DNA from: Eledone cirrhosa
Taxonomy: Eukaryota
DNA length: 64,000 bases
Assembly (NCBI GenBank): GCA_964016885.1
Contig: OZ024748.1
Location: forward strand, 60,016,001 to 60,080,000
Reading direction: 5' to 3'
The notes beneath the pieces are model-generated. The model made no database searches and was not told the DNA's origin. It saw only the letters and a program-made list of their open reading frames with translations. The stretch's first letter is position 1. Each line of letters starts with the position of its first letter. Shown piece after piece: positions 58,112 through 64,000 of the stretch. The position numbers were made by a program, and so were the translations under genes.

Positions 58112-58232
58112 GTATCTCTATATATATATAGATATATATGTATATATATATAGGTGTGTATATATATATATATGTATATATAAATGTATATATATATATA
58201 TGTATATCTATATGCATGTATATATATATATA

Positions 58233-59726
58233 TGCCCTTACCATAAAGGAGGGAGCAGAGCGGAGGCCAAAGACTATAGGCCAGTCTCCCTGACGTCGCA
58301 TATCAGTAAGGTCATGGAGCGAGTCGTCAGAAAGAAACTGATCACTTTCCTCGAGGAAAATGACCGCCTGACTAGCACGCAGCATGGCTTCCGCCCAGGA
58401 AGAACTGCCTTACACAGCTGCTACACCACTACGACTGGGTACTGAAACAACAGCTAGACAGCTCACATGTGGACGTGATATATCTTGACTTTGCGAAGGC
58501 CTTTGACAAGGTCGACTACGGAATGATATGTCACAAACTACACGGACTCGGCATAACTGGAAAAGTAGGTGAGTGGCTGCATGACTTCTTAAAGGACAGA
58601 AGCCAGACAGTCGCAGCAAACGGGGCCCTCTCAAAGGAAACATCAATAACAAGTGGGGTGCCTCAAGGGACAGTCCTGGGACAACTACTGTTTTTGGTGG
58701 CTCTCTCAGACATGCCCTCTGTAGTACATACAACATCCCTCACTAGCTATGCTGATGACACTAAGGTAGCACAGGCAATCAAAAACCCGGCTGACGCTGC
58801 CCTTTTACAACAATATCTGGATGCCATATACAAATGGGCAGAAGAAATGAACATGCTATAATGCTGACAAATTCCAAGCACTACAATACAAACCTGCAAA
58901 CACAAATACAGTACAACACAGTTACGCAGGACCAGGAGGGACCGATATCCCCGTGTCACAATCGATACGACACCTGGGTATAGACATGAGCGATGATGCA
59001 TCTTTTTCCTCACACATCATGAAAGTGGCGACAATGTGCAGAAGACTTGCTGGCTGGATCTTGAGGACTTTCCGGACAAGGGACCGAGACACCATGTTGA
59101 CACTATGGAGGACATTTGTCCTAAGCCGCCTGGACTATTGCTCCCAGTTGTAGTCACCCATAGAGTCAAACTAAATACGGAGCTTGAGGCAATCCAGCGA
59201 AGCTACACCAAGAGGATTGCCACGATGAAGGAGATAGGCTACTGGGAGAGGCTAAAAGAACTGAACCTCTACTCCTTGGAAAAAAGACGGGAGAGATACG
59301 CAGTGATCTACATGTGGAAAATCCTGGAGGGACTAGCACCTGACTTTGGCATTGGGAGCTGGACCAACCGTCGAGCAGGACGTCACTGTGTAGTGCCAAA
59401 GGTCCCGTCTTCCACATCTAGAATAAGGAGCATATATTACAATAGCCTGAGATTCAAGGGCCCTCAAGTCTTCAACAAGCTGCCGTGGGATCTGAGAGAT
59501 CTGCATGGTGTGGAGGTGGATGCCTTCAAGAAACATCTCGACACCTTTATATCCAGGATCCCGGATGAGCCCACAGGAAGGCACGAGGGAAACCCAAGGG
59601 CAGCAGCAACAAACTCCGTCTTACACCAGAGGCCAACCAATACAGGCTGGAGATAAAATGTGTAGCAAAAAGGGCGAGCCCCAGCATGGCCTCGGCCGGA
59701 TGGCTGGAACAGGTAAAAGTAAAAGA

Positions 59727-59730
<4 letters not shown>
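58233..59730 (+). mobile_element. 5'-truncated CR1-group LINE (reverse transcriptase, frameshifted) inserted in (TA)n
   Basis: [70 protein letters not shown]. Confidence 0.92.
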
Positions 59731-59766
<36 letters not shown>

Positions 59767-59876
59767 AATGAATGTGAAGGCTAACATCTGAAGAGTGCTC
59801 GATAAGGATTATACATATATATATAAACCCGTATAGAAAATATTTATTATAAGAACAAAATAAAGTTTAATCTGTT

Positions 59877-59960
<84 letters not shown>

Positions 59961-60199
59961 TATTGAGTACTCTGGTGCGTTATGGTCCATGTGGTTCCTC
60001 ATCATAACGAAGGAAGTGTGGTGAGGAACCAGATGGACCATAACGCACCAGAGTACTCAATACTTAGGGTAGTAGAGTGGGTAATAGGAAAATGTTCAAG
60101 ACCCCGACGTCAGAGCTCAAGCCGTTTCGACAGCTATTTCTAGACTAGAAATAGCTGTTGAAACGGCTTCAGCTCTGCCGTCGGTGTCTTGAACATTTT

Positions 60200-60236
<37 letters not shown>

Positions 60237-60462
60237 ATAATAATAAAATTGAAGACTAAAATCCAAAGAGGGCTCGATAAGGAAAATATATATCAAATAT
60301 ATAAGAACCGTAGAGCAAATATTTATTAAAATAACAGATTAAAGTTTAAGCAAAGAATCGTTGCTTTCACCTTAACGGGATCTTCTGAAACTCAGAGTTT
60401 CAGAAGATCCCGTTAAGGGTGAAAGCAGCGATTCTTTGCTTAAACTTTAATCTGTTATTTTA

Positions 60463-60497
<35 letters not shown>

Positions 60498-60789
60498 CAT
60501 ATGACGAATAAAAGAAACCTAGACTTGATACAGGAATGTGTTCGGTTTAATCTTAAGAATTGTAATCATTTATTTTTAATTAAACCTTCGTCTTGCTTCT
60601 GATGAGAAATGATAAAGACAACATATTTGAAGATACATGTTAATGATATCCAAATAACTAGAGGGTATAGATTTATAAATTCAAGTCCATATAGATGTTG
60701 CTTAATGATGTATATTACACCTTAATATGATAATGGTCAATGTAAGAGACAATGAACGCTATTGGTAATTTAAGTTCTGCTAATTTGAT

Positions 60790-60950
60790 GGACGTCAATT
60801 ACCACCTCTGCTTCAGAATGGAGCCGTAAGCTATGTAAGACCCGTTACAGTTATTATCTCTGCCATATAATCCGGAGTGTATCATTTAATACGACAGCTT
60901 AGCTTGTCTTATATCTGTATTCTTTTCCATTTCTTGTCCTGAATACTTGT
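60790..60950 (-). pseudogene. Decayed kringle N-terminal-like segments
   Basis: RTRNGKEYRYKTS* and DYMAEIITVTGLT*L (cf. GxEYRGxxS and YxGxxxTVxGLTC). Confidence 0.35.
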
Positions 60951-61029
60951 TGTCACTTCGTCTCACCAGTTAATGCTCATTTAATGCTGCTTTTGTATAA
61001 CACCTTCTTACAAGTGTTACTCATATCAT

Positions 61030-61155
61030 GACATCTCTGCAGCCATATTGTTCTTACACTTGTTAATCATCCCATTACATCTCTACAGCCATATTGGTCT
61101 TACACTTGATAATCACAGCATTACATTTATACGGCCATATTGTTTCTACACTTGT
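61030..61155. repeat. 46-bp tandem repeat, ~2.7 units
   Basis: ACATCTCT.CAGCCATATTG.TCTTACACTTG.TAATCA repeated. Confidence 0.8.
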
Positions 61156-61356
61156 AGTGTGATGTAATCAATGCAACTCTAATGTGGTAACTACAAAAAT
61201 TCAGTTTATTTCTCATTTCTTTTCGTTTCTTTTCTTCCTTAGTTCGTGTACATACACAAACGCACACACAGAGTAAGGTTGTTGGGGCAGATAATGCGAT
61301 GGATCATTTCTTGTCTGGGTCATTTACATAACCGATTCAGTGAGACAGAGAGAAGG

Positions 61357-61407
<51 letters not shown>

Positions 61408-61567
61408 CGTTAAGCAAAGAATCGCTGCTTTCACCCTTAACGGGATCTTCTGAAACTAGAAAAATGAATCTCATCTTTAGTTAGTTTCAGAAGATCCCGT
61501 TAAGGGTGAAAGCAGCGATTCTTTACTTAAACTTTAATCTATTATTTTAATAAATATTTGCTCTACG

Positions 61568-61615
<48 letters not shown>

Positions 61616-61894
61616 TATATATATGTATGTATGTATATATATATATATGTATGTATGTATGTATATATATATATATATATGTGTATGTATGTATGTATGT
61701 ATGTATGTATGTATGCACATAAATATGTAGACAGAGAGATAGACAGACATTCAGAGAATTAGAGAGAGTGGATCGCCCCCAGTCCATGATTCGTTCTTCA
61801 TTTATATATCTTGAAGAACTAAAAGAAGGTAGAGTAGGCCGTCAGCGGGATCTGAACTCAGATCGCAAATAACCGAATTGAGTACCACAGATTA

Positions 61895-61985
61895 TGCTAC
61901 CCGACAGGCTACCCGACAGGCTACCCGATAGGCTACCCAATAGGCTACCCAATAGGCTAGCCGCCAAACTACCCGACGTCTACCG
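61895..61985. repeat. 13-bp tandem GGCTACCCGACA(G)-type repeat after a degenerate SINE A fragment
   Basis: Directly visible. Confidence 0.7.
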
Positions 61986-62049
61986 ACTTCGTAAATTCGT
62001 AGTCTTATTTCTCACTAACAACCACATAATAGACTCTTATTGAAAATAT

Positions 62050-62245
62050 TTCACCGATCCTGCTTACCAAAGTTTTTTTTATATTTAGAATATCTTGCGA
62101 CATCTATTTGTAGAATAAAGAATGAAAAGTTTTGTCTTTTTCTGCTGGAAATAGTTTATCTAACTTATAGAACTGACGTGAAACCAAGAACCAAGTTTTC
62201 GGTTGACATTCTTGTGCCAGGTATTTTAAGATGTTGCCTGTTTAT
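62050..62245 (-). pseudogene. Decayed kringle-like segment
   Basis: TGNILKYLAQECQPKTW...KLFPAE.../TNRCRKIF*I*KKLW*. Confidence 0.4.
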
Positions 62246-62507
62246 TATCTCCAAGAAAATTTCTTCAGATTCTAAACTAGGAATATATTTGAATACCCCG
62301 AGGCAGATAATACTCTGTATGAGGCTGTTGACCTTTTGTTTGCAAAACTATCTACATACTCGTAAACAAATACAAATATACACACGCAGATATACCCAGA
62401 CAAACATACACATATACATGTATATATATGCTTATATATATACAGACAACCAAATACATATAGAGAGGTACATATGCATAAAGAGATATACATGCATAAA
62501 CACATAA

Positions 62508-62598
<91 letters not shown>

Positions 62599-63024
62599 AT
62601 AAAAGCATACAGGTGTATATACTTACATACAGATACACACACACTCACAAATATATACTGATCTCATACGTAGTAAAAACATTAAATAGCCTAAAATGTT
62701 ATCGTCACTAGCGTTTAATTGCAAGCCGCCCGAGTCACCGGATTGGCATAAATCTCAAAAGGTCGAACGAGATGCTTTCCGGCAATCTGCTTCCTGAGAT
62801 CAAACGCAGTTGTAATCTATGTGGCTGCTTGAGCTAATCAATCGCATTATTTAACACTATCTCATGGCACAGGATTATGTTTAGCGGTCTGCACTCTATT
62901 GCAAGTATTACGGTCTGGTCTCCGGTTTCAAGCGCATATTGTCTATATTCTTCCTTCTTTCCATCGTATTGTTCCTAATGGTAGCCTTGAAAAGTGTCAT
63001 GGGCGTTGCACTTGCTTCTACGAG

Positions 63025-63122
<98 letters not shown>

Positions 63123-63870
63123 AGTATTTGCTCTACGGTTCTTATATATTTGATATATATTTATCCCTCTTTGGATTTTAGTCTTCAAATTTATTATTAT
63201 TACTATATATATATATATATATATATGGAAGGTAAACTATCGGACCATTGAGTACATTGTAATTCTAAAGAAATGTAAAGATCTCAAGCACAGAAATAAT
63301 TAACCACAGTCGATTGCTATAAGTATCAGCTTAGAGAAGTGTCTAAAAATAACCCCACAGGAAAAATGGGGTCAGCAGGCGCTATGAGAGATCAAAAGTG
63401 TGTAACTCTGAAATACTAATTCTTACAAAGCGTTTTTTAAGCATTGAGCTAAAGGGCTTCTAGCAACAACTATCTAAAGCGAAACCTAAACTAATAGCTT
63501 ATAAACAACATTTCAAAGGTAAACTAAAAATTGAGTGAGGTCAGCTGGAATTTAATAGGGACGGAGTTCGATTCTTCGTAGCACCTGTTGATTATCTTTT
63601 GGTCAGTCTTTAATGGTATTTTTACACGATTTTCATAGTTATGACTTATAGCAAACGACTGCGGTTATAGTTATTTTCATCGTTTTGGATTTCTACTTCT
63701 TTTAAGAATCTATATATCAAAAAAGGTGCGTCCATGCGAAAAGTTGCTATAAAATAATTTATAAAAAGGGGGAAGACCCTTAAAGACAGATAAAGAAGCT
63801 TTGGGATAATTTAAAATTTGAAATTTCTGTGTCCCAATGACAATAGTAGACACCTATACGCAATAATAAT

Positions 63871-64000
63871 TGTTTCTACTATTGACACAAGGTCAGCAAT
63901 TAACCCAGTGTATTACATGTACTTTATTTTATCGACCCCGTAAGGATGAACGGCAAAGTTAACCCCGGCGGAATTTGATCTCAGACCATAAAGGGCCGTA
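63871..64000 (-). mobile_element. SINE family A (cut by the window edge)
   Basis: Family core motif. Confidence 0.8.

Overview
This is AT-rich eukaryotic DNA saturated with microsatellites. The tRNA-derived and CORE-type SINEs, RTE/CR1/Tx1 LINEs and Penelope load suggest a coleoid cephalopod such as Octopus (inference). I found no intact host gene, and almost all ORFs in the track are artefacts of (TA)n/(CA)n/(GA)n or triplet repeats. The window contains: (1) a young, 5'-truncated Penelope-like element (RT + GIY-YIG, 31990-33612) with an inverted pseudo-LTR, plus other PLE ends; (2) two near-perfect tandem arrays (5 x 310 bp at 13.2-14.7 kb; about 3.8 x 591 bp at 28.4-30.6 kb) with one type I hammerhead ribozyme per unit, i.e. 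retrozyme-like arrays; (3) about eight sequence-unrelated hammerhead-bearing families inserted in (TA)n, often as inverted pairs, several with non-canonical cores (U3-A8 swap, U4A, U-U at the base of stem II, long loop II); (4) LINE fragments (Tx1/L1-like within (TATC)n, CR1-like, RTE), a ~600 bp non-autonomous RTE derivative, two SINE families, a MITE, a Helitron-like element and minisatellites; (5) about ten heavily decayed kringle-like segments on the minus strand spread across the window, suggesting a dead multi-kringle exon array. All RNA structures and translations were derived by eye; no database searches were run.
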